DNA of 64,000 nt from Polyangiaceae bacterium (GTDB lineage: Bacteria; Myxococcota_A; Polyangia; Polyangiales; Polyangiaceae), in assembly GCA_046351325.1 (NCBI GenBank), contig JAXLYR010000002.1:752334-816333 (forward strand). Reading direction: 5' to 3'. A model generated the notes under the pieces. It saw only the letters and a list, made by a program, of their open reading frames with translations, was not told the DNA's origin and made no database searches. Position numbers and translations under genes: made by a program. How positions within the stretch are numbered: the first letter of the stretch is position 1; each line of letters starts with the position of its first letter. Of the stretch, positions 9,466-18,055 are shown one piece after another.

Positions 9466-10417
9466 AGACCACGCGGGTCTCTCCGTCGCCCTGGGCGAGC
9501 ACGTAGACGCCCTCGTCGTCCCAGGCGAAGTCCACGATGTGCTCGGCCTCGTCGAGACCGAGCGCCTCGCGATCGAGGGTCTCGGCGACGCTCCCATCCG
9601 AGGCAAAACGCACGATGCCCGCGCCGTAGCTGGCAGAGAGCGCGTCGCCGCTGCGGCGGAGCGAGGGCCGCATCGGGCCGTCGCCGAGGTCGAAGATCGC
9701 GGGGCCGAGGTCGCTGGTCCCGTCACCCGTCGTGAGGACGAGCGTGGGCCCACACGCCGCGGTCTCGGGCGCGCCGGGCTCGCAGGCCGTCGGGCCGAGC
9801 GACCAGAACGCTGACGAGTCTGTAAGCGTGCCGTGCTCGCCGTCCCAGGTGTCCGGCGTGCTCAAGCTGGGCGCGGCGCCCTGCTCGTCGAGCGCGAAGA
9901 TCCCTGTGGGGCCGCACGCCGAGACCCAGACGGCGTCCCCTGCGGGGGCGACGCCGAACTCCCAAATGCCGCGGCCCGCGGGCAACACCTTCACGACGCG
10001 ATCGCTCGGGTCGACGCGCGCGAGCATGCTGCCTGGGTATTCGTCTGCGAGCACCGTCGAGACGACGCCGTCGCCGGAGGCCTCGGCGGCGACGGTGAAG
10101 ACGTTGCCCTGGTCGTCGACGTCGAAGAGCCCGTCGGAAGCGATCGGCGCGCCCCACGGGCTGAGCTCGCAGCCCGAGCGCGACGCGCGCTGGAGCACGA
10201 GCCCCTCGGGCGTGCTCATGGCGAGGACGACGCCAGCGCGGCTCGCCGCGAGCGCGACAACACCGCGCTGCGGGAGCTCACAGAGGAGCGGCGCGGCCTC
10301 CGGCTCGACCTGCGGAGCGACCTCCGGGCGGGGCGCGGCCTCGTCGCAGGCGGCGAGGGCGAGGGCGGTGATGACGAGCCCGAGGTGGCTCTTCGAGGAC
10401 AGGCTTCTTCGGTTCAT
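9452..10417 (-). CDS. Secreted lipoprotein, unknown function
   Basis: MNRRSLSSKSHLGLVITALALAACDEA; strong RBS GGAGGAGG immediately upstream of the ATG at 10417 (minus-strand reading). Confidence 0.6.
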   Translation of the reverse strand: MNRRSLSSKSHLGLVITALALAACDEAAPRPEVAPQVEPEAAPLLCELPQRGVVALAASRAGVVLAMSTPEGLVLQRASRSGCELSPWGAPIASDGLFDVDDQGNVFTVAAEASGDGVVSTVLADEYPGSMLARVDPSDRVVKVLPAGRGIWEFGVAPAGDAVWVSACGPTGIFALDEQGAAPSLSTPDTWDGEHGTLTDSSAFWSLGPTACEPGAPETAACGPTLVLTTGDGTSDLGPAIFDLGDGPMRPSLRRSGDALSASYGAGIVRFASDGSVAETLDREALGLDEAEHIVDFAWDDEGVYVLAQGDGETRVVFTSR

Positions 10418-10503
10418 GGGGACCTCCTCCCCGAGAAATAGGCCGCATCGACCCTGCGTGAGAATGCACACTGATGCCCGATGGGTCTGCAATAATCCAC
10501 AGC

Positions 10504-11382
10504 ATGAATTGGGACGATCTCCGCTTCGTGCTCACGCTGGCGCGGCTGGGGTCGCTCGTGCGGGCTGGGAAATCGCTGGGCGTCGACCACACGACGGTGG
10601 GCCGCCGCGTCGACGCCGCCGAGGCCGCGCTCGGCGTTCGGCTCTTCACGAGGACGCCAGCGGGCTACGTGCCCACCGCCGACGCCGAGCACCTGCTCGA
10701 GCCGATGCGCAAGGTCGAGGAGAGCGTGCTCGCGCTCGAGCGCAGGGCTCACCCCGCGCGCGACGCGGTCGAGGGCGCGGTGAGGGTCACGTCGCCGGAG
10801 ACCTTCGGGGCGAGCTATCTTGCGCCGAAGCTCGCGGGGCTGCGGTCGCGGCACCCGGGCCTCTCCATCGAGCTCGATCCTCGCGGCGACGTGCTCGATC
10901 TCGGGCGGCGCGAGGCCGAGGTCGCGGTGCGCTTCTTTCGGTCGAGCGCAGCGGATCTGGTCGTGCGCCGCGCCGGCGAGGTCCGCTACGGGCTCTACGC
11001 TTCGGAGAGCTACCTCGCGGAGCACCCAGTGGTCTCGCAGAAGGACCTCGCGCGGCATGCGCTGCTCGGCGTCCCCGAGGCGGACGCGCCCGAGTCACGC
11101 TGGCTCGCGAGGCTCGCGCCAGGCGCGCGGCTCGCGTTCTCGAGCACGCTGTCGCTGGCCTTGCTCGGGGCCGCGCGCGCAGGCGCTGGGGTCGCTGTCT
11201 TGCCCCGCTACTTGGGCGATCCGGAGCCTGCGCTGCGGCATTTGCCGATGCCGCACGCGCCCGCCGAGCCTATCTGGCTGACGGTGCACCGCGATCTACG
11301 GCGGACGCCGCGCATCCGCGCGGTGCTCGACTATCTGGTCGCGGCGCTCGCGGCCGACGCTGGATTCCTCGAGGGCGGGTGA
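10504..11382 (+). CDS. LysR-family transcriptional regulator
   Basis: MNWDDLRFVLTLARLGSLVRAGKSLGVDHTTVGRRV HTH motif; divergent from the lipoprotein at 9452..10417. Confidence 0.8.
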   Translation: MNWDDLRFVLTLARLGSLVRAGKSLGVDHTTVGRRVDAAEAALGVRLFTRTPAGYVPTADAEHLLEPMRKVEESVLALERRAHPARDAVEGAVRVTSPETFGASYLAPKLAGLRSRHPGLSIELDPRGDVLDLGRREAEVAVRFFRSSAADLVVRRAGEVRYGLYASESYLAEHPVVSQKDLARHALLGVPEADAPESRWLARLAPGARLAFSSTLSLALLGAARAGAGVAVLPRYLGDPEPALRHLPMPHAPAEPIWLTVHRDLRRTPRIRAVLDYLVAALAADAGFLEGG

Positions 11383-11489
11383 GCTCCTCGAGGGGGGTGA
11401 GCCGGAGCGCGTTTAGTTACAGATGTGTTTGTAAGTCGTGGTCTTGCGCTGGAGGGTCCATCTCTGCCCCCCAAATAATAGACCTCGAC

Positions 11490-12539
11490 TCAGGCGCGCT
11501 TCTTCGCGTGCACGAAGTACATCGGGGTGAAGATGCCGAGCTTGCCGGCGCGCACGAGGGCGTCGGCGCCGTCGTTGAGGAACGAGCTCACCAGGCGCGT
11601 CCCCTTCGGCGCGAGGCCCACGCGCTCCATCAGGCCGGTCGCGGCGTTGGTGACCGTGCGGCCGATCGGGGTGCGGGGCAGGGCGCGCAGCGAGAAGCCC
11701 GAGCTGTATGCGGACTCGACGTCGAGGTCGGCGTGCCACGGGATGCCGGGGAGCGAGCCGTCCGCGAGATCGCGCGCGGCGACGACGTCGAAGCCGACCT
11801 CGCGGAGGGCGCTGGTCACGTCGTCGAAGGTCGCGAGATCCGCGATGCCGTTGCCGCGCTCGATGAGGAGCTTGAGGCGGCGGTGCTCGGGGTCGTTCTT
11901 GTCGTACTTCGGGGTCATGCACCACTCGTAGAACGCGAAGCCGCCGCCCGGCTTGAGGACGCGCGCGGCCTCACCGTAGATGCTCTGTTTGGTGGGCGCG
12001 TGGCAGGTCGCTTCGATCGCGTAGGCCGCGTCGAACGTCGCGTTCGGCACGGGGATGTTGAGGAAGTCCGCCTGCAGGATGGTGCACTGTCCCTCGAGGC
12101 CCTGCTTCGCGTTGTACTTGCGGCCCTTCTCGACTTGGTAGCCGCTGATGTTGACGCCCGTCACGCGCGCGCCGGTCGTCTTGGCGATGTGGCGCATCGG
12201 GCCGCCGACGCCGCAGCCGAGATCGACCGCGTGCATGCCGCGGCAAAGGCCGAGGTGATCAGCGAGGTAGCTCTCGTGGCGTGCGAGCGCGAGATCGAAG
12301 CGCTCGCCCGGGCGCCGCGACGCGAAGTGGAAGGCCTTGCCCCAGCCGAACTCGTAGAAGTCGGTTACAAGATCGTAATACTGGGTGGTGATGGTGGCGT
12401 AGCGGTCGGCGACCGATTCCCCCTCCGCGCGGTCGAAGTGCGCGACGTAGGCCTGCGCGGTGGACTCGACCTGGTCGCGAGAGAGCCCGGGGCGGGACTG
12501 ACCGGGAGCGGCTAGTTTGGATTCGGCGTGCGTGACCAT
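11490..12539 (-). CDS. Sterol 24-C-methyltransferase (ERG6/SMT1-like SAM-dependent methyltransferase)
   Basis: Near-collinear match to eukaryotic ERG6 signature blocks: YDLVTDFYEFGWG (SMT region I), VDLGCGVGGP (SAM motif I), YAIEATCHAP, VLKPGGGFAFYEW, DKNDPEHRR, DLADGSLPGIPW, LGLAPKG, IFTPMYFV. Confidence 0.8.
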   Translation of the reverse strand: MVTHAESKLAAPGQSRPGLSRDQVESTAQAYVAHFDRAEGESVADRYATITTQYYDLVTDFYEFGWGKAFHFASRRPGERFDLALARHESYLADHLGLCRGMHAVDLGCGVGGPMRHIAKTTGARVTGVNISGYQVEKGRKYNAKQGLEGQCTILQADFLNIPVPNATFDAAYAIEATCHAPTKQSIYGEAARVLKPGGGFAFYEWCMTPKYDKNDPEHRRLKLLIERGNGIADLATFDDVTSALREVGFDVVAARDLADGSLPGIPWHADLDVESAYSSGFSLRALPRTPIGRTVTNAATGLMERVGLAPKGTRLVSSFLNDGADALVRAGKLGIFTPMYFVHAKKRA

Positions 12540-12579
12540 CGCCGTGCACTAGGCGTGTGCGGCGACGACCGCAAGCGGG

Positions 12580-13167
12580 TTAGGGGCTCGCTGGCTCCCG
12601 GCGTGCCGTTGCGAAGATGCGGGCCGAACGGACGAGTTCGAAGCCGAGCGTGCGTAGCTGCTTGTCAGTGCGCTCGTCTTTGATGGTGCCGTCCTTGCCG
12701 ATGACCTCTTGAGAGCGGTTGATCGGGACGACGAGGGGGACTGTCCAGGCGCGGAGTGAGCGCGCGATGTGGTCCATCGCGGTGATGGCTTGGAGGGCCT
12801 GCGCGCCCGCGGCGACGCCAATTAGACCTACAGGTTTGTCAGCGAGATAGGGCGGGTCTTTGTCGTTGAGGAGCTCGAGCCAGTCGATCGCGTTCTTGAA
12901 GATGCCGCTGATGGTGCCGTGATAGAGCGGGCTCGCCCAGACGATGGCGTCGGCGGCGGCGAAGGCCGTGACGAGCGACGCGACCGCGGGGGGCGGCGGC
13001 ACACCCCACTCGTAGATCGGGATGTCGAGCGTGCCGAGATCGAAGAGCTCGGTGTCGGCGCCGCGCTCCGCGGCGGCCGCGAGGACCACGCGCAGCGCGA
13101 CGAGGCTCGAGGAGCCAGGGCTCTTGGTTCCACCGAGTCCAACGACGCGCACGCGCTCCGAGGTCAC
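12580..13167 (-). CDS. NAD(P)H-dependent FMN reductase (flavodoxin-like fold)
   Basis: [17 protein letters not shown]-terminal flavin-binding loop, ~195 aa, typical SsuE/ArsH-like family size. Confidence 0.65.
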   Translation of the reverse strand: MTSERVRVVGLGGTKSPGSSSLVALRVVLAAAAERGADTELFDLGTLDIPIYEWGVPPPPAVASLVTAFAAADAIVWASPLYHGTISGIFKNAIDWLELLNDKDPPYLADKPVGLIGVAAGAQALQAITAMDHIARSLRAWTVPLVVPINRSQEVIGKDGTIKDERTDKQLRTLGFELVRSARIFATARREPASP

Positions 13168-13247
13168 GCGGCCTCATGCCACCGCGCGGGCCGTGCGGCG
13201 AGGGTTGGTTTTCGCCGGGCGCGATCGGCAGTACGAGCGCGAGTCGC

Positions 13248-14180
13248 ATGGATCTCGAACAACCTGTTTACGTCGCGGGACACCGCGGCCTCGTGGGGAG
13301 CGCGCTCGTCAGGCGGCTCGAGCGCGAGGGCGCGAAGCGGCTCGTCGTGCGCACCCACCGCGAGCTCGACCTCACGGATCGCGCGGCGGTCCTCGCGTTC
13401 TTCGAGCGTGAGCGACCGCGCTATGTGCTGCTCGCGGCGGCGAAGGTCGGGGGGATCGTCGCGAACGACACGCAGTCGGCGGACTTCATCCGCGAGAACC
13501 TGCTCATCCAGACGCACGTCATCGACGCGGCCCACCAGACGGGCGTCGACAAGCTCCTCTTCCTCGGGAGCTCGTGCATTTACCCGAAGCATGCGCCGCA
13601 GCCGATGCGCGAGGACGCCCTGCTCACGGGGCCGCTCGAGCCGACGAACGACGCCTACGCGGTCGCGAAGATCGCAGGGATCACCATGTGCCGCGCGTAT
13701 CGGAAGCAGTTCGGTATGCGGGCGATCTCCGTGATGCCGACCAATCTTTATGGGCCTAACGACAACTTCGATCTGACCTCGAGCCACGTGCTGCCAGCGC
13801 TCGTGCGCAAGTTCCACGAGGCGAAGGAGCGGGGCGCGTCGTCGGTCACGCTGTGGGGGACGGGCACGCCGCGGCGAGAGTTCCTGCACGTGGACGACCT
13901 CGCGGAGGCGTGCCTCTTCCTGATGCGGAGCTACGACTCCGGCGACATCGTCAACATCGGCACGGGCGAGGACCTCAGCATCGCGGAGCTCGCGGAGCTC
14001 GTGCGCGACACAGTCGGCTACGAGGGGGAGCTCGTTTGGGACACGACGAAGCCCGACGGCACGCCGCGCAAGCTCCTCGACGTGAGCAAGCTGAGCGGGC
14101 TCGGGTGGCGCGCCCGCATCCCGCTCCGCGAGGGGCTCGCGAGCACCTACGCGTGGTATCGCGAATCGCTTACAAGGTAG
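13248..14180 (+). CDS. fcl: GDP-L-fucose synthase (GDP-4-keto-6-deoxy-D-mannose 3,5-epimerase/4-reductase)
   Basis: Rossmann GxxGxxG ([14 protein letters not shown]); catalytic region with YPKHAP…YAVAKIAG (YxxxK); ~310 aa. Confidence 0.85.
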   Translation: MDLEQPVYVAGHRGLVGSALVRRLEREGAKRLVVRTHRELDLTDRAAVLAFFERERPRYVLLAAAKVGGIVANDTQSADFIRENLLIQTHVIDAAHQTGVDKLLFLGSSCIYPKHAPQPMREDALLTGPLEPTNDAYAVAKIAGITMCRAYRKQFGMRAISVMPTNLYGPNDNFDLTSSHVLPALVRKFHEAKERGASSVTLWGTGTPRREFLHVDDLAEACLFLMRSYDSGDIVNIGTGEDLSIAELAELVRDTVGYEGELVWDTTKPDGTPRKLLDVSKLSGLGWRARIPLREGLASTYAWYRESLTR

Positions 14181-14187
14181 TTACTGT

Positions 14188-14736
14188 CTAGCCCATCGCG
14201 GCGATGAAAATGAGCGGGACGGCGGCACCGAGGTCGAGCCGAAACATGAAGACCTTGGCTGGGCGGAGCACGCCCTCGATCGTGTCGAGCTCGTAGCCGC
14301 CCTCGAACGCGAGCACCCCCATGAAGGCCTGAACGGAGCCACCAAAGCGACCGCCGACGAAGGTCCAATCGTCCCGCCACGTGCCCGCGAGGACCTTTGC
14401 CTCGAGCAGGCCCGCGAACATCGGGCAACCGCCACCGATGCCGATACCCCCGATGAAGGCCGTGACGTCCCCGCCCTTGTCGAGGCCGACGGTGGGGGCG
14501 ACGAGGAATTGAGGACTGAGCGGGTGGGTCAGCGCCATCTCACGCCCGAAGTAGAGGTTCACACCAGCGGTGACGTCGAAGTCGAAGCCGTCGGTCGGGC
14601 CGGGCTCGGGACCGATGGAAGAGCGGTCGCCAAAGCCGAGGCGTACCGTCGGCAGGGGCGTCTTACCGCCCTCGGCCGAGGCGCGGATGGAATAGGTGAG
14701 CGCCGCCGCGGTCAACGCGAGCACGAGAGCCTTCAT
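14188..14736 (-). CDS. Secreted Gly-rich protein, possible small beta-barrel; immediately downstream of vgrG1
   Basis: Signal peptide MKALVLALTAAALTYSIRASA; alternating hydrophobic pattern; no recognisable family. Confidence 0.4.
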   Translation of the reverse strand: MKALVLALTAAALTYSIRASAEGGKTPLPTVRLGFGDRSSIGPEPGPTDGFDFDVTAGVNLYFGREMALTHPLSPQFLVAPTVGLDKGGDVTAFIGGIGIGGGCPMFAGLLEAKVLAGTWRDDWTFVGGRFGGSVQAFMGVLAFEGGYELDTIEGVLRPAKVFMFRLDLGAAVPLIFIAAMG

Positions 14737-14879
14737 GGTGTTAGAAGCTATAACGGTGTTAAAGAAAATCAACCCGCAGGCGCCGATCTGTTACGCCTCG
14801 CTCGTCTTTGTGAGCGACGCGCGGCCTTCGTACGGCGTCGAGTGGGCGTGTCACCGCGCGGCGGTGGAGGGCGACGCGG

Positions 14880-17378
14880 CTATCCGCGCTTCGCGGACCC
14901 GAGGCGCGGGAACACGACTGTCCCGCCCTCTTCCAGTGAAAGCTCGATCGAGCCGTCTTGGCGGAGGGCGCCTGCGAGCTCCGTTCGGTCATCCAGCTTG
15001 AGGAGAAATGGCTCCCCTGCGAGCGGGCGGCCGTCTTGATCGGTCAGTTCGATACGGGTCGGATCAGGCGGGGACTTGAGCTCGTCTTTGGCGCGGCTCG
15101 GGGAGTTGAGGAGGATCTGTTTGCCGTCGATCTTCACGTCCTTGCTCATCGCCACCGAGGCCTCGTCGGTCTTCACCGTGAGGCTCTTGGCGACGAGGGC
15201 GACGGCGTCCGAGGCGCAGAGCTTCAAGCCGTCGCTCGAAGTCTCGACCCGGGCCTCCTCACCCGAGAGGCTGACGGCGCTCGCGACCAGGTCGATGCGG
15301 TCCTTGGTGATCCGCACGAAGCTCGACCCCACGCCGAGGACGATCTCTCGATCGGAGCGGAGCTCGAGGCGCTCGGTCGCGAAGCTGGTCCGCGTGCCCT
15401 CCACGTGGAGCGCGCTGGCTGCGCTCTTGTCTGCGGTCCCGATGACCTGCGTGTGGTGTCCAGCCACGGTCTCGTGGAGCGTTTGCTTGAAGGTGTGCGC
15501 GGCGGGCCCAGCGATCGTCAATTGCTCAGCACCAGCGACCTCGAGCGCCCGGGTCGTGCGCACTACCTCCAACGAGGTCCCCGCGACGATCCGCCGGGCG
15601 CCCGTGACCGCGACGTCCTGATCGGAATCGATCTTCAGCGATTGTCCCCCCTCCAAGCGTGCCGATTCCACACCGACGACGTGGCGTACGGACTCGCCGC
15701 GGACCTCGAGCCGGAGAGCGTTCTCGACCCGCGTCTCGTGATCGTGCTCTGCGACGAGCTTGAGGTCGCGACTGGCGTGTAGATAGAGCTGCTCTTTACC
15801 CTGCTGGTCTTCGAAGGAGAGCTCGTTCGCGCCTGTGCCGCGCGTGGAGCGAGAGCGAAGCCCGCTGCGCGCACCGACGCCGACGTCGAACGGCATCGTG
15901 TGCGTGCCATTGAAGACGCAGCCGAGCACGATGGGTTTGTCCGGGTCGCCGTCCTCGAAGGCGACCACAACCTCCATCCCGGCCCGCGGAATGAACTGCA
16001 TTCCCCAATGAGCGCCCGCCCAGGGTTGCATGGTCCGAACCCAGCACGAGCTGCGATCGCCACCCGGGGCACGGTCCCAGTTGAAGTGGATCTTGATGCG
16101 GCCGAGCGCGTCCGCGTGGAGCTCGTCCAGCACGGGGCCGACGACGGTAGCTGTGAGCGTGGCGCTCACGACACGCCGAGGCCCGCGCTCTGGCAGGGTC
16201 AACGTCGAGGCTGGCGCACACTCGAAGCGACACTCCAGCCTGCGATCCTCGAGCGCATCGCTGCCTTTGTATCTTGCAGTTACGACGACGTACTCGCCAT
16301 TGTCGGCGTCGCGCGGGTGGTCGACGAGCTCGAATCGATACCCCGGCGAGAGCGCCCCGCTCGAAGTGGTGGCCGTCGCAGTGCTCGCCCGTCGACGAGC
16401 GCGCGCGAGCAGTCGCGCGGGTTCGTCTTTGACGTCGTCCCACTCGGGGTCGAGAAAGGCTCCGCCATGCTCGTAGAGCTCGAGGTCGAGCTCAGGGGCG
16501 CCGGGGAGTGCGGACTCGTCGCGACTGACAGCTGCGCTCGCGGAAGATGGAAAGAGGGGACGTTCGGGATCGTATTCACGATAGACCGCACGCGCCGCGC
16601 GCACCCGACGGCTCGCGCGAAAGCACTCAACGATGTTTCGGTCGCCACCGACGCCAGTTGAACCTTCGCGATAGTGCAGCGTCGGGACAGAAGCTCCTCC
16701 ACCCGAGGTGCCATTGGAGTCCGCGGCCGATGGATATGCAGCGGCGTTGTCCGCGAAGACTATGACCTCGCGGGCGCGAACCACGGACTCGAGACCAGCA
16801 TCGTTTGGGTCTCTCAGCCACGCGAGGACGGCGGCGGGCTGCTGGAAGAAGTGGAAGACGCCAGCCTCGGCGGCGAGCCGCTCGACGAACTCGAGGTCGC
16901 TCTCCTGATACTGGGTGATCATTGGCTTCGACGGGAAATTCCGCGTGAGCGCCCAGCGAAGGTCGATGTGGGGCGACAACACCTCTTCTATGACGGCAGG
17001 GACGGTCATGTCCTGAAACACGCGAGAACGGCGCGTGTGCTCGAGGAGGGCCATCGCGGGGACGAGTCGGTAGCGCTCATCCATCCGCGCGCCACCCTCA
17101 CGCGAGCCCTCAGCGCGCACCGCCGAGACCACGCCGTGAACGACACGCGGCCTATTGTCGACGGAGATTACCAGCGAGGCTCGGGCTCCGAGGACCAAAG
17201 AAGTGTCGACCGCGGCCTCGACAGACGCGAGGACGTCGAACGAGTAACACTTGGACAGAGCCTCGCGCCCGCGGAGTCGGTGCACGCGAAAGGACGTGGC
17301 GGAGAAACCTGCCACGAACAAGGAGAACGGAGCACTCAGTCCTTCAGTCATCGCGCCATCCACGGGGCTACGGGTCAA
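14880..17378 (-). CDS. vgrG: Type VI secretion system spike protein VgrG (copy 1), with ~130-aa C-terminal extension
   Basis: Canonical VgrG blocks: FSLFVAGFSATSFRVHRLRGREALSKCYSFDV, ITQYQESDLEFVERLAAEAGVFHFF, RIKIHFNWDR…SSCWVRTMQPWAGAHWGMQFIPRAGMEVVVAFEDGDPDKPIVLGCVFNG. Followed by a gp5-like beta-helix and extra C-terminal tail. ATGA overlap with the upstream gene. Confidence 0.9.
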   Translation of the reverse strand: MTRSPVDGAMTEGLSAPFSLFVAGFSATSFRVHRLRGREALSKCYSFDVLASVEAAVDTSLVLGARASLVISVDNRPRVVHGVVSAVRAEGSREGGARMDERYRLVPAMALLEHTRRSRVFQDMTVPAVIEEVLSPHIDLRWALTRNFPSKPMITQYQESDLEFVERLAAEAGVFHFFQQPAAVLAWLRDPNDAGLESVVRAREVIVFADNAAAYPSAADSNGTSGGGASVPTLHYREGSTGVGGDRNIVECFRASRRVRAARAVYREYDPERPLFPSSASAAVSRDESALPGAPELDLELYEHGGAFLDPEWDDVKDEPARLLARARRRASTATATTSSGALSPGYRFELVDHPRDADNGEYVVVTARYKGSDALEDRRLECRFECAPASTLTLPERGPRRVVSATLTATVVGPVLDELHADALGRIKIHFNWDRAPGGDRSSCWVRTMQPWAGAHWGMQFIPRAGMEVVVAFEDGDPDKPIVLGCVFNGTHTMPFDVGVGARSGLRSRSTRGTGANELSFEDQQGKEQLYLHASRDLKLVAEHDHETRVENALRLEVRGESVRHVVGVESARLEGGQSLKIDSDQDVAVTGARRIVAGTSLEVVRTTRALEVAGAEQLTIAGPAAHTFKQTLHETVAGHHTQVIGTADKSAASALHVEGTRTSFATERLELRSDREIVLGVGSSFVRITKDRIDLVASAVSLSGEEARVETSSDGLKLCASDAVALVAKSLTVKTDEASVAMSKDVKIDGKQILLNSPSRAKDELKSPPDPTRIELTDQDGRPLAGEPFLLKLDDRTELAGALRQDGSIELSLEEGGTVVFPRLGSAKRG

Positions 17379-18046
17379 TCGGGCTGACCGCTCGCATCCA
17401 CGAGCGCGTCTCGAGTGGCTTGGTCGAGCTCACCTTCAGGTAGGCCGGCGGCGCGCTGAAAGGCCTTCACCGCACGGGGGACGTCAGCCTCTTCGATCGG
17501 TCCACCCGACGTGAGATATCCCAGGTTCTCGAGCCGTTTCGCGACGCCCGCGACGGTGGTGGATGGGTCCACGTCACCGACGACCAATTGGTACTTGCGC
17601 TCGAAGTTGACGACGTCGAGCAGGATGGTCTTTGTCGTGATTGGACACTCCAGGGTCACGCGGACAATCTTCTGCGAAGGGCTCGCGCTCTCCCCGACTT
17701 CTTCCTTGGTCACCCGCGCGCCGCTAGCAGGGTCGACTGTGCATCCTGGTGTTTCGGGGGCGAGCTCACAGCCGGTGAAGCGCAGCTCGAGTTCGAGCCT
17801 CTGAAGCGGGACGGTCGCCTGATATTGATTGGTCGACTGCTTGCGGAGCGACGCGCCGCTGAGCTTACTTATTGGAAGGTAAATGACGTCGCCCGGAGAC
17901 AGGACGTCAGGCGACGCCCGCAGCGCGCGCAGCTTGTCGTTGGACGCGTGATTCCACACCTCGTCCACTGTCGCGCCGCGCTCGAACGCCAAGGCCTGCA
18001 AGTGGTCCCCGCGCCGAATGATGTACGGTCGATAGTCCTCAGCCAT
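17375..18046 (-). CDS. LysM domain plus C-terminal peptidoglycan-binding (PG_binding_1-like) domain protein
   Basis: N-terminal LysM (YIIRRGDHLQALAFERGATVDEVWNHASNDKL…PGDVIYLP). C-terminal LENLGYLTSGGPIEEADVPRAVKAFQRAAGLPEGELDQATRDAL resembles a PG-binding helical bundle. Translationally coupled to vgrG1. Confidence 0.7.
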   Translation of the reverse strand: MAEDYRPYIIRRGDHLQALAFERGATVDEVWNHASNDKLRALRASPDVLSPGDVIYLPISKLSGASLRKQSTNQYQATVPLQRLELELRFTGCELAPETPGCTVDPASGARVTKEEVGESASPSQKIVRVTLECPITTKTILLDVVNFERKYQLVVGDVDPSTTVAGVAKRLENLGYLTSGGPIEEADVPRAVKAFQRAAGLPEGELDQATRDALVDASGQPD

Positions 18047-18055
18047 GGGTCGTGC

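Noticed and set aside
9732-12515. 927-aa ORF on the plus strand
   Set aside because: Spurious open frame typical of high-GC DNA. It runs antisense or out of frame across the LysR gene and the ERG6-like methyltransferase gene. Its composition is Arg/Ala/Gly junk with no domain.
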